IMG/VR virus record: IMGVR_UViG_3300027608_000026
Strand: one strand, 5' to 3'
Origin: an uncultured virus (IMG/VR IMGVR_UViG_3300027608_000026)
Taxonomy: Duplodnaviria; Heunggongvirae; Uroviricota; Caudoviricetes
Length of the DNA: 20,000 nt
Position numbers and translations under genes: made by a program. Below the pieces are notes generated by a model. That model saw only the letters and a list, made by a program, of their open reading frames with translations, was not told where the DNA came from and did no database searches. Shown piece after piece: positions 1-8,313 of this stretch (positions are counted from its first letter, which is position 1; each line of letters starts with the position of its first letter).

Positions 1-369
1 CATATTCCAAAAATCCATCAATATACTGAGCCTAATTATACCATGGAGTTTGCTGATAGTCTTAGACAGGATATCTGGTATATGCCCGAAAACTATAAAA
101 TATTTGATATTAAAAATTGGGTTTTAGAGCAGGCTCCGGATATTGTTGCACAGATTAGGGTAAAAGAAGAACTAGACCTATTTGCCCAACATAATATGAT
201 CACGTTGTTAAAGTACCTTAAATACTTAGTTGACACAATGCGTGAAAACAAAATAGTATGGGGCGTAGGGCGAGGCAGTAGTGTAGCCAGTTACGTGCTA
301 TACCTAATAGGTGTTCATAAAATAAACAGTATCAAATACGAGCTAGATATTAAAGAATTCCTAAAATAA
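1..369 (+). CDS. dnaE: DNA polymerase III alpha-like (family C) N-terminal piece of a split polymerase; 5' end probably lies outside the window
   Basis: Frame 1 is open from base 1. WGVGRGSSVASYVLYLIGVHKINSIKYEL matches the DnaE GPGRGSxxGSLVAYxLxITxxDP motif. The ORF stops before the catalytic PDxDxD motif. Confidence 0.75.
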   Translation, partial: HIPKIHQYTEPNYTMEFADSLRQDIWYMPENYKIFDIKNWVLEQAPDIVAQIRVKEELDLFAQHNMITLLKYLKYLVDTMRENKIVWGVGRGSSVASYVLYLIGVHKINSIKYELDIKEFLK

Positions 370-378
370 GGAGAAATT

Positions 379-675
379 ATGAAACGAATTTATAAAACAA
401 TGCAGGGTAAAGAAATTGACATGGAAGCATTAATGGCCAAACACGAGACCATGCCCGCAGTAGGTAATGTACGTGTTAATGCTCGAGGCGATGAACTAGG
501 CCCAGATGGTAAAATTATTAAAACTAGAGAATCTGTTTTGGCAGAATATTATGACAATGATCCTAGGACAGTATCCGACGAAGAACTGTCATTAAGTCAA
601 GTAAAAATTAATACCCCTAAACGTCCAACTATAGAACCTGCACAACCTAAAAGTAAAATTAAGGAAACAAAATGA
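379..675 (+). CDS. hypothetical phage protein
   Basis: 98-aa ORF with AGGAG RBS upstream; ATGA overlap with the next gene. Confidence 0.75.
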   Translation: MKRIYKTMQGKEIDMEALMAKHETMPAVGNVRVNARGDELGPDGKIIKTRESVLAEYYDNDPRTVSDEELSLSQVKINTPKRPTIEPAQPKSKIKETK

Positions 676-1049
676 CTGTAAAAGGAACTATCAGGCCGTT
701 AGGAAATAAGGTACTTATTTCTGATATGAATTTCGGCATGGATAAAACAAAAAGCGGTATTTTGTTACAGAGCGATGATGGTAAAAGTTCAGGTATTCAT
801 CCTCGCTGGGGGAAAGTGTTTGCTATTGGACCAGATCAAACAGATGTTGAAGTGGGCCAATGGATTCTTATGGAACACGGTCGTTGGAGTAGAGGACACA
901 AGTACGAGGCCGAAAACGGCGAAATTATAGATATACGATTAGCCGATAATAATGCTATACTGTGTGTAAGCGATGAAGCGCCTGACGATGCAATGCGTGT
1001 TAAAATTGGCGCCCTTAACTTGAATGTATCCGATGCACAACCAAATTGA
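672..1049 (+). CDS. groES: co-chaperonin GroES (Cpn10) family protein
   Basis: IRPLGNKVLI...KTKSGILL...GKVFAIGPD...VEVGQWIL follows the Cpn10 pattern. Confidence 0.85.
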   Translation: MTVKGTIRPLGNKVLISDMNFGMDKTKSGILLQSDDGKSSGIHPRWGKVFAIGPDQTDVEVGQWILMEHGRWSRGHKYEAENGEIIDIRLADNNAILCVSDEAPDDAMRVKIGALNLNVSDAQPN

Positions 1050-1470
1050 TTTAAACAAATACAAAGATTTTGTAGAAGCCGTTACCAGCAAAGAAAGCAA
1101 CGACCTTACCACATTCATGAACCGTATGGATGAAGTGGATGGGAATTATATTGGCGAAGGAGAACACGGTCCCGATACTAATGTTCCGTTGTTAATTACT
1201 GCATGTCTCGGGCTTGCGGCCGAAGCAGGGGAATTTATTGAAATTCCTAAAAAGATACTGTTTCAAGGAAAACCATTTACTGAAGAAAATCTCTTTCATA
1301 TGAAAAGAGAGTTAGGTGATGTAATGTGGTATTGGATCAATGCATGCCGTGCTTTAAATCTAGATCCCAATGATGTTATTGCAGAAAATGTTAACAAACT
1401 TAAAGCTCGATATCCGGGTGGAGAGTTTGATGCCTTTTATTCAGAAAATCGCAAAGACGGAGATCTATAA
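1033..1470 (+). CDS. MazG-like NTP pyrophosphohydrolase
   Basis: GLAAEAGEFIEIPKK and KRELGDVMWY give the ExxE / ELGD all-alpha NTP-PPase motifs. Start is 1024 or 1033. Confidence 0.85.
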   Translation: MHNQIDLNKYKDFVEAVTSKESNDLTTFMNRMDEVDGNYIGEGEHGPDTNVPLLITACLGLAAEAGEFIEIPKKILFQGKPFTEENLFHMKRELGDVMWYWINACRALNLDPNDVIAENVNKLKARYPGGEFDAFYSENRKDGDL

Positions 1471-1934
1471 TGCCAACTGCTTATATATTAGTTGGCATCC
1501 CTGGTAGCGGAAAAACTACGTGGGTTGGACATAGAAAAACTGATTGGGATACAACAGTCTTTGTAAGTACTGATAAGTTTGTTGACCAAGAAGCATCTAA
1601 CCAAAATAAAACCTATTCAGAAGTGTTTAACGACTCAATGCAGGCCGCATTAACTAAAATGATTAATGATGTTATTGATGCTAGAAGCGCCGGCAAAGAT
1701 ATTATTTGGGATCAAACTAGTACTACCATTCAAAGTCGTAAACGCAAATTCAATATGTTGCCCGACTATAAAATGATTGCTGTAGTATTTCGTACTCCAG
1801 AACAAGAAGAATTACAGCGCCGATTGAACAGCAGACCTGGAAAAGTTATACCAGATGATGTTGTGCAGTCTATGATTAACAATTTCGAAGAACCTACTAA
1901 AGAAGAAGGATTTGACGAAATCATTTATGTGTAG
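1470..1934 (+). CDS. P-loop kinase (polynucleotide kinase / AAA_33-like)
   Basis: Walker A GIPGSGKTT, IIWDQT, lid motif RRLNSR, and IPDDVV...FEEPTKEEGFD. Confidence 0.8.
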   Translation: MPTAYILVGIPGSGKTTWVGHRKTDWDTTVFVSTDKFVDQEASNQNKTYSEVFNDSMQAALTKMINDVIDARSAGKDIIWDQTSTTIQSRKRKFNMLPDYKMIAVVFRTPEQEELQRRLNSRPGKVIPDDVVQSMINNFEEPTKEEGFDEIIYV

Positions 1935-1937
1935 TAT

Positions 1938-2180
1938 ATGGGACACAAATATAAAATTGACATAAACTCGATCGCCGGCCAGATCAATTCAGCCGCATAC
2001 GAATCGTGCAGTCCTTATAACGACGGTTTTGTAGGTTGGGGATATAAACAAGACCTATATAGACTAAAATGGATTTTAGAAGATGCATTAAATCGTTGTT
2101 CAAAGTATGCTCCAGAAGAAGAATGGCTTCGAGAACACGATAAAAAGAAAGTTATAAAATATCTATCCAAAAAGGACTAA
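1938..2180 (+). CDS. hypothetical protein
   Basis: 80-aa ORF tightly packed in the operon. Confidence 0.7.
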   Translation: MGHKYKIDINSIAGQINSAAYESCSPYNDGFVGWGYKQDLYRLKWILEDALNRCSKYAPEEEWLREHDKKKVIKYLSKKD

Positions 2181-2181
2181 C

Positions 2182-2352
2182 ATGAAAGACTTAACAAAAT
2201 TACCAGACCCAACAAAACACCTATACATTAGCCTAATAAAAAGCGTTATCCGGATTAGCGCAGGGGGTTGTTTAATGATTGGCAACATATTCTTTGCAGG
2301 CTTTTTATTAATTTTTGCCGAAGCATTGGGCATTCTCGAGGAATTGGTATGA
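2182..2352 (+). CDS. small membrane protein (56 aa), not in the ORF track
   Basis: Hand translation MKDLTKLPDPTKHLYISLIKSVIRISAGGCLMIGNIFFAGFLLIFAEALGILEELV. AAGGA RBS upstream, fills the gap exactly, and overlaps the next gene by ATGA. Confidence 0.75.
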   Translation: MKDLTKLPDPTKHLYISLIKSVIRISAGGCLMIGNIFFAGFLLIFAEALGILEELV

Positions 2353-2540
2353 TTGATAAAAACGCAGTGGCAAGGCGTATGGAAGAACTAATGGCTCCTG
2401 TAGAACAACAAATTATGATGTGTGACACCAGAGAAGAGTTACTAATGATGGCATGTGCCATGATGCAACGCACACATGAAATATTTGTACATGAACTAGG
2501 CAAAGCTGGTTCCAAACAAATGTACAAGGATTACGTATGA
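2349..2540 (+). CDS. hypothetical protein (63 aa; start revised from 2268)
   Basis: MIDKNAVARRMEELM... has ATGA overlaps on both sides. Confidence 0.7.
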   Translation: MIDKNAVARRMEELMAPVEQQIMMCDTREELLMMACAMMQRTHEIFVHELGKAGSKQMYKDYV

Positions 2541-3001
2541 TTTTTAATAAAATAAAAGAATTAAAAGAGTCAGGTAAAAAAGTAGGCATTACATTTTCAA
2601 CATTTGATTTATTCCATGCTGGGCATGTTGCTATGCTTAGTGAAGCAAAGAACCACTGCGATTACTTAATTGCCGCATTGCAAACTGACCCAACTATTGA
2701 CCGCCCAGGTAATAAAAATCCTCCAATCCAAAGTATTGTAGAAAGACAAATTCAACTAAGCACAAATCGTAATGTGGACGAAGTTGTTGTTTATCAAACT
2801 GAAAAAGACCTAGAAGACCTATTGCTTATTCTACCTGTAGATGTTAGAATATTAGGTGTAGAATACGCAGACAAAGAGTTTACAGGTAAACAAATCTGTA
2901 TTAGTCGAGGAATTGAAATTGTTTATAATGGACGAGATCATTCTTTTAGTAGTTCAAGTTTGCGTAAACGTGTAGCAGAAGCAGAAGGAAAAAAGAAATG
3001 A
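2537..3001 (+). CDS. cytidylyltransferase (TagD/glycerol-3-phosphate cytidylyltransferase-like)
   Basis: STFDLFHAGH (HxGH motif), ER..QL, VDEVVVY, and C-terminal RDHSFSSSSLR. Confidence 0.85.
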   Translation: MIFNKIKELKESGKKVGITFSTFDLFHAGHVAMLSEAKNHCDYLIAALQTDPTIDRPGNKNPPIQSIVERQIQLSTNRNVDEVVVYQTEKDLEDLLLILPVDVRILGVEYADKEFTGKQICISRGIEIVYNGRDHSFSSSSLRKRVAEAEGKKK

Positions 3002-3360
3002 GTCAATACGGACAAGTACACGCAACCGCTAAAATGTCAAGTTCAAGGAACGTAGCACGATTGGAAAAAAAACTTATGAGGAAAAGAACATTAAAACAAA
3101 GATTTAAAGAATGGTTATTTGATGATGGATCTGATTCTTCCCCTAACGAAATTCGTATAGACGAAGACAGCGTTCAACTGTCTAGGGAAACTAGTGTTCG
3201 CTTTGAAATACATCAAGCCGCAGGTGGACGAGTTGTACAAACTCGTCGATACGACCAACGCAAAGATCGTCACATGGAAGGACTGTATATTATTACACCC
3301 GACCAAGACTTTGGCAGAGAAATTGATAAAATTATTACAATGGAAGCGTTGAAAGCATGA
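2998..3360 (+). CDS. hypothetical protein
   Basis: 120-aa ORF with ATGA overlaps on both sides. Confidence 0.7.
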   Translation: MSQYGQVHATAKMSSSRNVARLEKKLMRKRTLKQRFKEWLFDDGSDSSPNEIRIDEDSVQLSRETSVRFEIHQAAGGRVVQTRRYDQRKDRHMEGLYIITPDQDFGREIDKIITMEALKA

Positions 3361-3605
3361 ATGAAAATGTAAAAGCACTAGTAGATACGGTAGGAACAGA
3401 CATCAGTGGAAAATGGATTAGTGCCGAAAAACTTGAAACATTTGCAAAAGATGTTATAGTAGAATGTCTAAAACAAATAGAAATAGCAAATTCACAACAT
3501 TGTGCGTATACTACTTTTGATTTAGGCATAGTTAATTGTGCAAAAGAAAAAATTACCGATCATATTAAAGAACATTTTAACGTAACAAGCATTGAGGTAT
3601 TTTAA
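3357..3605 (+). CDS. hypothetical protein
   Basis: 82-aa ORF, translationally coupled on both sides. Confidence 0.7.
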   Translation: MNENVKALVDTVGTDISGKWISAEKLETFAKDVIVECLKQIEIANSQHCAYTTFDLGIVNCAKEKITDHIKEHFNVTSIEVF

Positions 3606-4534
3606 TGATAGAATTATGGGTAGAAAAATATCGGCCGAAAACAACAAACGAATATGTATTTCGAGATGAAAATCAAAGAAAACAAATTACCACGTGGATT
3701 AAAGACAAAAGTATTCCGCATCTGTTGTTAAGCGGCAGTCCGGGTATTGGTAAAACTACCCTTGCTAAAATGTTGATTGGTGAAATTGGCATTGAAGAAT
3801 ATGATGTTCTTGAAATGAACGCAAGTCGAGAACGTGGTATTAAAGAAGTACAAGAACGTATTACTAACTTTGTCAGTATGATTCCGTTTGGTCCATTTAA
3901 GGTTGTACTGTTAGATGAGGCAGATTATCTAACACCAGAAGCACAGGCGGCCCTGCGTGGCGTTATGGAAGAGTTTTCAGGTACTAGTAGATTCATACTA
4001 ACCTGCAATCATCCTAATAAGATTATTCCAGCAATTCATAGTCGATGCCAAAGTATGCATTTTACCAGCATTGACCAAACAGAGTTTACTGCTCGTGTTG
4101 CTACAATTTTAGTAGAAGAAAATGTAGAGTTTGATTTAGACACGCTCGACACTTATGTTAAAACAACATATCCCGATCTACGTAAATGTATTAATTTTGT
4201 ACAACAAAATGTACAAGACGGATCTTTGATTGGGGCCAATAGCAGTGATGCAGGACAAGCAGACTATAAAATTGCTATGGTTGAATTGTTTAAGAAACAA
4301 AAGCTACAAGAAGCTCGTAAATTGATATGTTCGAGTGCAAGACCTGAAGAGCTCGGCGGCGTGTTCCGCTGGATGTACGATAATATAGATTTGTTTGGCG
4401 CAGATGAAGAAACAAAAGATAGTGCTCTATTAATCATCAAACAAGGATTAGTTGATCACGGATTAATTGCAGATCCAGAAATTAACTTATCTGCTACACT
4501 GGTAAAACTGGGAAGATTAGTTCGAGGACAATAA
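3605..4534 (+). CDS. sliding-clamp loader ATPase subunit (RFC small subunit / T4 gp44-like)
   Basis: LWVEKYRP, Walker A GSPGIGKT, NAS, Walker B LLDEAD, and the SRC arginine finger. Confidence 0.92.
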   Translation: MIELWVEKYRPKTTNEYVFRDENQRKQITTWIKDKSIPHLLLSGSPGIGKTTLAKMLIGEIGIEEYDVLEMNASRERGIKEVQERITNFVSMIPFGPFKVVLLDEADYLTPEAQAALRGVMEEFSGTSRFILTCNHPNKIIPAIHSRCQSMHFTSIDQTEFTARVATILVEENVEFDLDTLDTYVKTTYPDLRKCINFVQQNVQDGSLIGANSSDAGQADYKIAMVELFKKQKLQEARKLICSSARPEELGGVFRWMYDNIDLFGADEETKDSALLIIKQGLVDHGLIADPEINLSATLVKLGRLVRGQ

Positions 4535-4536
4535 CA

Positions 4537-4582
4537 AAACCGCGTAACAATTTCTGATGCAGGTCGGATTGTTACGCGGTTT
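4537..4582. terminator. long inverted repeat, probable bidirectional terminator between convergent genes
   Basis: Perfect 15-bp arms AAACCGCGTAACAAT (4537-4551) and ATTGTTACGCGGTTT (4568-4582) with a 16-nt spacer, lying between the clamp loader and phoH stop codons. Confidence 0.75.
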
Positions 4583-4610
4583 CTCTCGAGTTTAGTTAGG
4601 TATTATGTTG

Positions 4611-5345
4611 TTATTCGGACTCCTTGTAGATCGATAAAACTTCCTTAACAACTGGGTGACGCTCAACGTCTCTTGTTTCAAACCTTGCCATGGCAATCAT
4701 ACGATACTCACCTCCTTGTCCGTATAAATTGCAAAATTCTAGCAATCCGTTTTCCCTAGGTCGGTCTGCTTGATTCAAGTCTCCAGTAACTACCATACGA
4801 CTATTGTTGCCTAGTCTGGTTAATAACATCTTCATCTGTGAGGGTGTGGCGTTTTGCATTTCGTCTGCAACAACAAATGCATTTTTAAAAGTGCGGCCAC
4901 GCATATAAGCAAGAGGCGATATTTCTATCACATTATCTTCTAGCATTGCGGCAATTTCTTTTGGATGATAGTATTCTTCAAATACATCCATAATAGGTCT
5001 TGTCCACGGCTCCATTTTTTGATTTAATGTACCGGGTAAAAACCCGTGCTCTTCATCTACACTTACAGCCGGCCTTGTGATAATAATTTTGCTAATCACT
5101 CCCTCCTGGTAAAGTTTAATGGCCATCTGTACACCCAGCATAGTTTTACCCGTGCCAGCTGGCCCGATTGCAAAAACTATGTATTTTCTGGGATTTTTCA
5201 ACAGTTCGAGATAGGTTTCTTGTGCAAGATTCCTTGGAACTATTTGGACTTGCGGCTTCTTTCTTTGAAATTGTTTAATTTCAATTAAGTTTTCGCCACG
5301 TTGATCAATACGTTGATCACGTTCTTTTCTACGTACTCTAGACAA
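4611..5345 (-). CDS. phoH: PhoH-family ATPase
   Basis: GPAGTGKT, ITRPAV, GFLPG, PLAYMRGRTF, DEMQN, TRLG, GDLNQAD and RHPVV motifs. Probable TTG start at 5345 after AAGGGG; the track start at 5411 adds an implausible leader. Confidence 0.92.
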   Translation of the reverse strand: MSRVRRKERDQRIDQRGENLIEIKQFQRKKPQVQIVPRNLAQETYLELLKNPRKYIVFAIGPAGTGKTMLGVQMAIKLYQEGVISKIIITRPAVSVDEEHGFLPGTLNQKMEPWTRPIMDVFEEYYHPKEIAAMLEDNVIEISPLAYMRGRTFKNAFVVADEMQNATPSQMKMLLTRLGNNSRMVVTGDLNQADRPRENGLLEFCNLYGQGGEYRMIAMARFETRDVERHPVVKEVLSIYKESE

Positions 5346-5379
5346 ATTATGCCCCTTTTTTAAGAACGACCTGCAACAA

Positions 5380-5385
5380 TATTTA
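5380..5385 (-). promoter_or_regulatory. putative late promoter TAAATA for phoH
   Basis: GTAAATA on the minus strand about 35 nt upstream of the proposed TTG start; same core as the other intergenic copies. Confidence 0.45.
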
Positions 5386-5442
5386 CATCCAATTTGAAAA
5401 AAGGCTTTCAAATAGGGAGTTTTTGTATCAGCGAATCAAAAC

Positions 5443-5449
5443 ATAAATA
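5443..5449 (+). promoter_or_regulatory. putative T4-like late promoter (ATAAATA)
   Basis: About 20 nt upstream of ATG 5469, at the head of the + strand operon; resembles the T4 late consensus TATAAATA. Confidence 0.6.
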
Positions 5450-5468
5450 ATGCATTAAGAGACTATTC

Positions 5469-6014
5469 ATGCACGATATAATCGACGTTATTAAAAATCT
5501 AGAAACACTAACTGTTAACGACAGCGCCTTTAAAGTATTAAAAGACTTTGAAAGAGTTCTCGATGAATTGGATATCTATGTTTTTCCTAATTGGGAAGAA
5601 GGCGAATTAGTGACCGGCCCAGAAATGAGCAGATATACAGTTGCTTGTAAATTCATGTGGCCCTATGAAAATATGCCAGATCCTATGGGCGGCGCCAGGT
5701 TAACTGATTATGGTTGTAAAGTAGGCTATGCAAAAGATCATGTGCTAATTCCGCGTAAGATACACGACCCCAGCGACTTCCGTCCTGGCACAAAGAAAGG
5801 CAAGATAGATGCACATCCAGTTTGGATCGTTACAGTTACTATGCCAACAAAATTAATGCAAGATATCTTCCAAGGTTATCTTGACAAAGAGAACGCAGCC
5901 AATTCAGACTTAATGAGATACAAAGGCATAGACGATCAAATGACCGATGCAGAACCTCAACAGGAGATCCCAGCAGATGATACCGCAACACAAGAACCAG
6001 CACAGCAAGCCTAA
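5469..6014 (+). CDS. hypothetical phage protein with acidic C-terminal tail
   Basis: 181-aa ORF downstream of a TAAATA motif; function not recognised. Confidence 0.8.
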   Translation: MHDIIDVIKNLETLTVNDSAFKVLKDFERVLDELDIYVFPNWEEGELVTGPEMSRYTVACKFMWPYENMPDPMGGARLTDYGCKVGYAKDHVLIPRKIHDPSDFRPGTKKGKIDAHPVWIVTVTMPTKLMQDIFQGYLDKENAANSDLMRYKGIDDQMTDAEPQQEIPADDTATQEPAQQA

Positions 6015-6750
6015 ATTGTTTGAAGGTCTAAGGTCTGGAGATCTCGTTGATATGGTTTCTCCTACGTTTAGTCTTGATCAATTTAAAAGTAAAATGGGCA
6101 AAGACAAAGATGTAGTTGTCATGTCTTTTAAAGTTAAAGAAAAATTACCTGCAACCGACCTAATGGAATTTATTGAAAAAGGTTATCAGTTTGCATTAGA
6201 TGCTGATATGAGTACAGGCGAAGAACGCGACGGACAGTATAGCGTGTTTGTTGAACTTGAAAGAACTCAAGATGTACCTAGACAGATTATGGAAATACTT
6301 AACGGAGTAGGATTATTGTGTGATTGTAAAGAGTGGAATTTTAGATATTTCAAAGATATGAATTTATACGATGCCACCGAACATGCTCTTTCAGAACAAC
6401 TACCATTAACTGAAGTTGACTACTCTAATAAAATGTTAACTTTAAAACAGGAAAAAGTTACCGAGTTTTTTAATCAAGGTGCTATTGATAGCGCAGATAT
6501 AGATGAAGCAAATAACTTAGCAATTCACAAACCGTATGCAGAAACTTTAAATCTTAAACTACTAGCACTAGGTGAATATAATACAATTAAAGAAAGTATA
6601 CAGGGCGGTATACAATTAGATGATAACAGTAGAAATCAAACTGTCTATCTTGAAAAATATTTAGGAAATTACGAAATCCATAAACTAGATAATAAGTTTC
6701 TAATTAAGAACGGAGATAATGCAATCATAGTGCAAAAGGAAGGTTGGTAA
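5947..6750 (+). CDS. hypothetical phage protein (start uncertain: 5947 or 5977)
   Basis: Long open frame of up to 267 aa; N-terminal KLFE-G resembles PLFE-G in the 16772 protein. Confidence 0.75.
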   Translation: MQNLNRRSQQMIPQHKNQHSKPKLFEGLRSGDLVDMVSPTFSLDQFKSKMGKDKDVVVMSFKVKEKLPATDLMEFIEKGYQFALDADMSTGEERDGQYSVFVELERTQDVPRQIMEILNGVGLLCDCKEWNFRYFKDMNLYDATEHALSEQLPLTEVDYSNKMLTLKQEKVTEFFNQGAIDSADIDEANNLAIHKPYAETLNLKLLALGEYNTIKESIQGGIQLDDNSRNQTVYLEKYLGNYEIHKLDNKFLIKNGDNAIIVQKEGW

Positions 6751-6751
6751 A

Positions 6752-7252
6752 ATGTGGATGTTGCATTTTATTCCAGATAGCTTGCTACTCTGGGTAATAC
6801 ATGGTATGCTGATTGCTGGGGTAGTGGGATTTCTACTATCCTTTTTTCTTTTGAATCGCTTATTGCGTTGGTTCCCACAACTTGCACCAATACATTTATT
6901 ACTACAAATATTAAGCATAGTATTACTTGTCGGCGGGGTATATTTTAAAGGTGGATACAGCACCGAAGCAGAATGGAGAGCTCGAGTTGCAGAAATGGAA
7001 CAAAAGATCGCAGAAGCTGAAGCAAAGAGTCAACAAACTAATACAGTAATTAAAACTAAAATAGTTAACAAAATTAAAACAGTTAAAGAATATCAAATAG
7101 TATATCAAGATAGAATAAAAGAAGTTGAGAAAATAATTGATGCAGAATGCAAGGTTGCCCCCGAAGCAATTATAATACTTAATGATGCGGCAAGATTAAG
7201 AAAAGGCACAGTTATAGTAAGTCCAGTAACCTCAGTAGAGGTCAACAAATGA
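6752..7252 (+). CDS. putative inner-membrane spanin (Rz-like)
   Basis: Two N-terminal hydrophobic helices, then a coiled coil (EWRARVAEMEQKIAEAEAKSQQ) and a Cys near the C-terminus; directly upstream of a lipoprotein gene. Confidence 0.65.
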   Translation: MWMLHFIPDSLLLWVIHGMLIAGVVGFLLSFFLLNRLLRWFPQLAPIHLLLQILSIVLLVGGVYFKGGYSTEAEWRARVAEMEQKIAEAEAKSQQTNTVIKTKIVNKIKTVKEYQIVYQDRIKEVEKIIDAECKVAPEAIIILNDAARLRKGTVIVSPVTSVEVNK

Positions 7253-7533
7253 AATTAATTAAATTATTTGTCCTTGTAATTTTTATCATACTTGCATTTT
7301 TAATTACAGGATGTTCTTCAACAGCGCCTGTAAAAAGAAACTTTCCTAGCGTACCTGAAGAACTATTGGTATCCTGCCCAGAATTAAAAGAAGTACCCGA
7401 AACAGTTAAATTAAGCGAAGTAATTAGTGTAGTGGTTGATAATTATGGACAGTATCATCAATGTGCAATTAAATCCGAAGGATGGATTGAATGGTACAAA
7501 TCACAAAAAGAAATATTTGAAAGTGTAAAATGA
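7249..7533 (+). CDS. putative outer-membrane spanin (Rz1-like lipoprotein)
   Basis: Signal peptide with lipobox LITG-C, Pro-rich PSVPEELLVSCPEL, and NYGQYHQC. Confidence 0.7.
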   Translation: MKLIKLFVLVIFIILAFLITGCSSTAPVKRNFPSVPEELLVSCPELKEVPETVKLSEVISVVVDNYGQYHQCAIKSEGWIEWYKSQKEIFESVK

Positions 7534-7943
7534 AAAAATTAATATTATTGTCATTGATAGTAACACTAACTGGATGTGCATCTTTTGCAGATTTAAAAGA
7601 AGCATACCTAATGAAATACGATAGTAACGAATATTATCAAATATCAGACATTAGAACTAGTGCTTACTATGCCAAACAGAATTGTAGCAACCATGACGAA
7701 TCAAAACAGCAGGCGGGAATTATTTCTAAAAAGACATTAGCATTTAAAAACTTTGTAGAACATTTACCTAATAATAGTAAAGTTATTACAGCGTCAGTTA
7801 ATCTTGACGGTATTGCACAAGGGCTAAAAGATCAATATCAAAAAAATGATAAAGTAAGTGCTGTATTTTGTAAAATTAAGTTTGAATCTATAGAAACATC
7901 TGCAGAAACAATGCAAAGAACAATAGGAGCTAAACCCAAATGA
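7530..7943 (+). CDS. predicted lipoprotein
   Basis: MKKLILLSLIVTLTG-C lipobox; two further Cys. Confidence 0.75.
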   Translation: MKKLILLSLIVTLTGCASFADLKEAYLMKYDSNEYYQISDIRTSAYYAKQNCSNHDESKQQAGIISKKTLAFKNFVEHLPNNSKVITASVNLDGIAQGLKDQYQKNDKVSAVFCKIKFESIETSAETMQRTIGAKPK

Positions 7944-8194
7944 GTATAGAGTATCATCAAAGTCTGTTATCAGGTATACAAAGCCACGATCCTGAGTTTA
8001 TGCAGGCTGCACAATCTATAAATGAATTAACCGAAATGTGTAAAGAAGGAAATGTAAGTCCTCAAGAATATGCAGAGTTACTAAGAGACATCCAACGAAA
8101 GATTAATATTAAACAAAGTATGTCTGAATTAGAAAACTTATCAAAATTAAATACCGCTATAAATGGATTAATATCTATTGCCGGTGCTGTCTAA
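7940..8194 (+). CDS. hypothetical helical protein
   Basis: 84-aa ORF with an ATGA overlap to the lipoprotein gene. Confidence 0.7.
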   Translation: MSIEYHQSLLSGIQSHDPEFMQAAQSINELTEMCKEGNVSPQEYAELLRDIQRKINIKQSMSELENLSKLNTAINGLISIAGAV

Positions 8195-8202
8195 GAAAAA
8201 TT

Positions 8203-8253
8203 ATGCATATTGAAGAATGTCCGCTATGCGGCGGCAAACACCCTAAGAAGTAA
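8203..8253 (+). CDS. possible 16-aa CxxC micro-peptide
   Basis: MHIEECPLCGGKHPKK starts 8 nt after the previous stop; RBS is weak. Confidence 0.3.
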   Translation: MHIEECPLCGGKHPKK

Positions 8254-8284
8254 ACTACCAACTTAATCTTAAAAAGTCATCCAT

Positions 8285-8290
8285 TAAATA
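8285..8290 (+). promoter_or_regulatory. putative late promoter TAAATA for the endolysin
   Basis: TTAAATAC lies 23 nt before ATG 8314, with an AGGAGG RBS between them. Confidence 0.55.
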
Positions 8291-8313
8291 CTAACAGAAA
8301 CAGGAGGTTTTTA

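Noticed and set aside
2255..2540. Track ORFs 2255-2527 (-) and the 2268 start
   Set aside because: A coupled pair 2182-2352 and 2349-2540, with an RBS and ATGA overlaps, explains the region better.
5346..5411. N-terminal 22 codons of the track phoH ORF
   Set aside because: This stretch contains the putative promoter and RBS; TTG at 5345 is the more plausible start.
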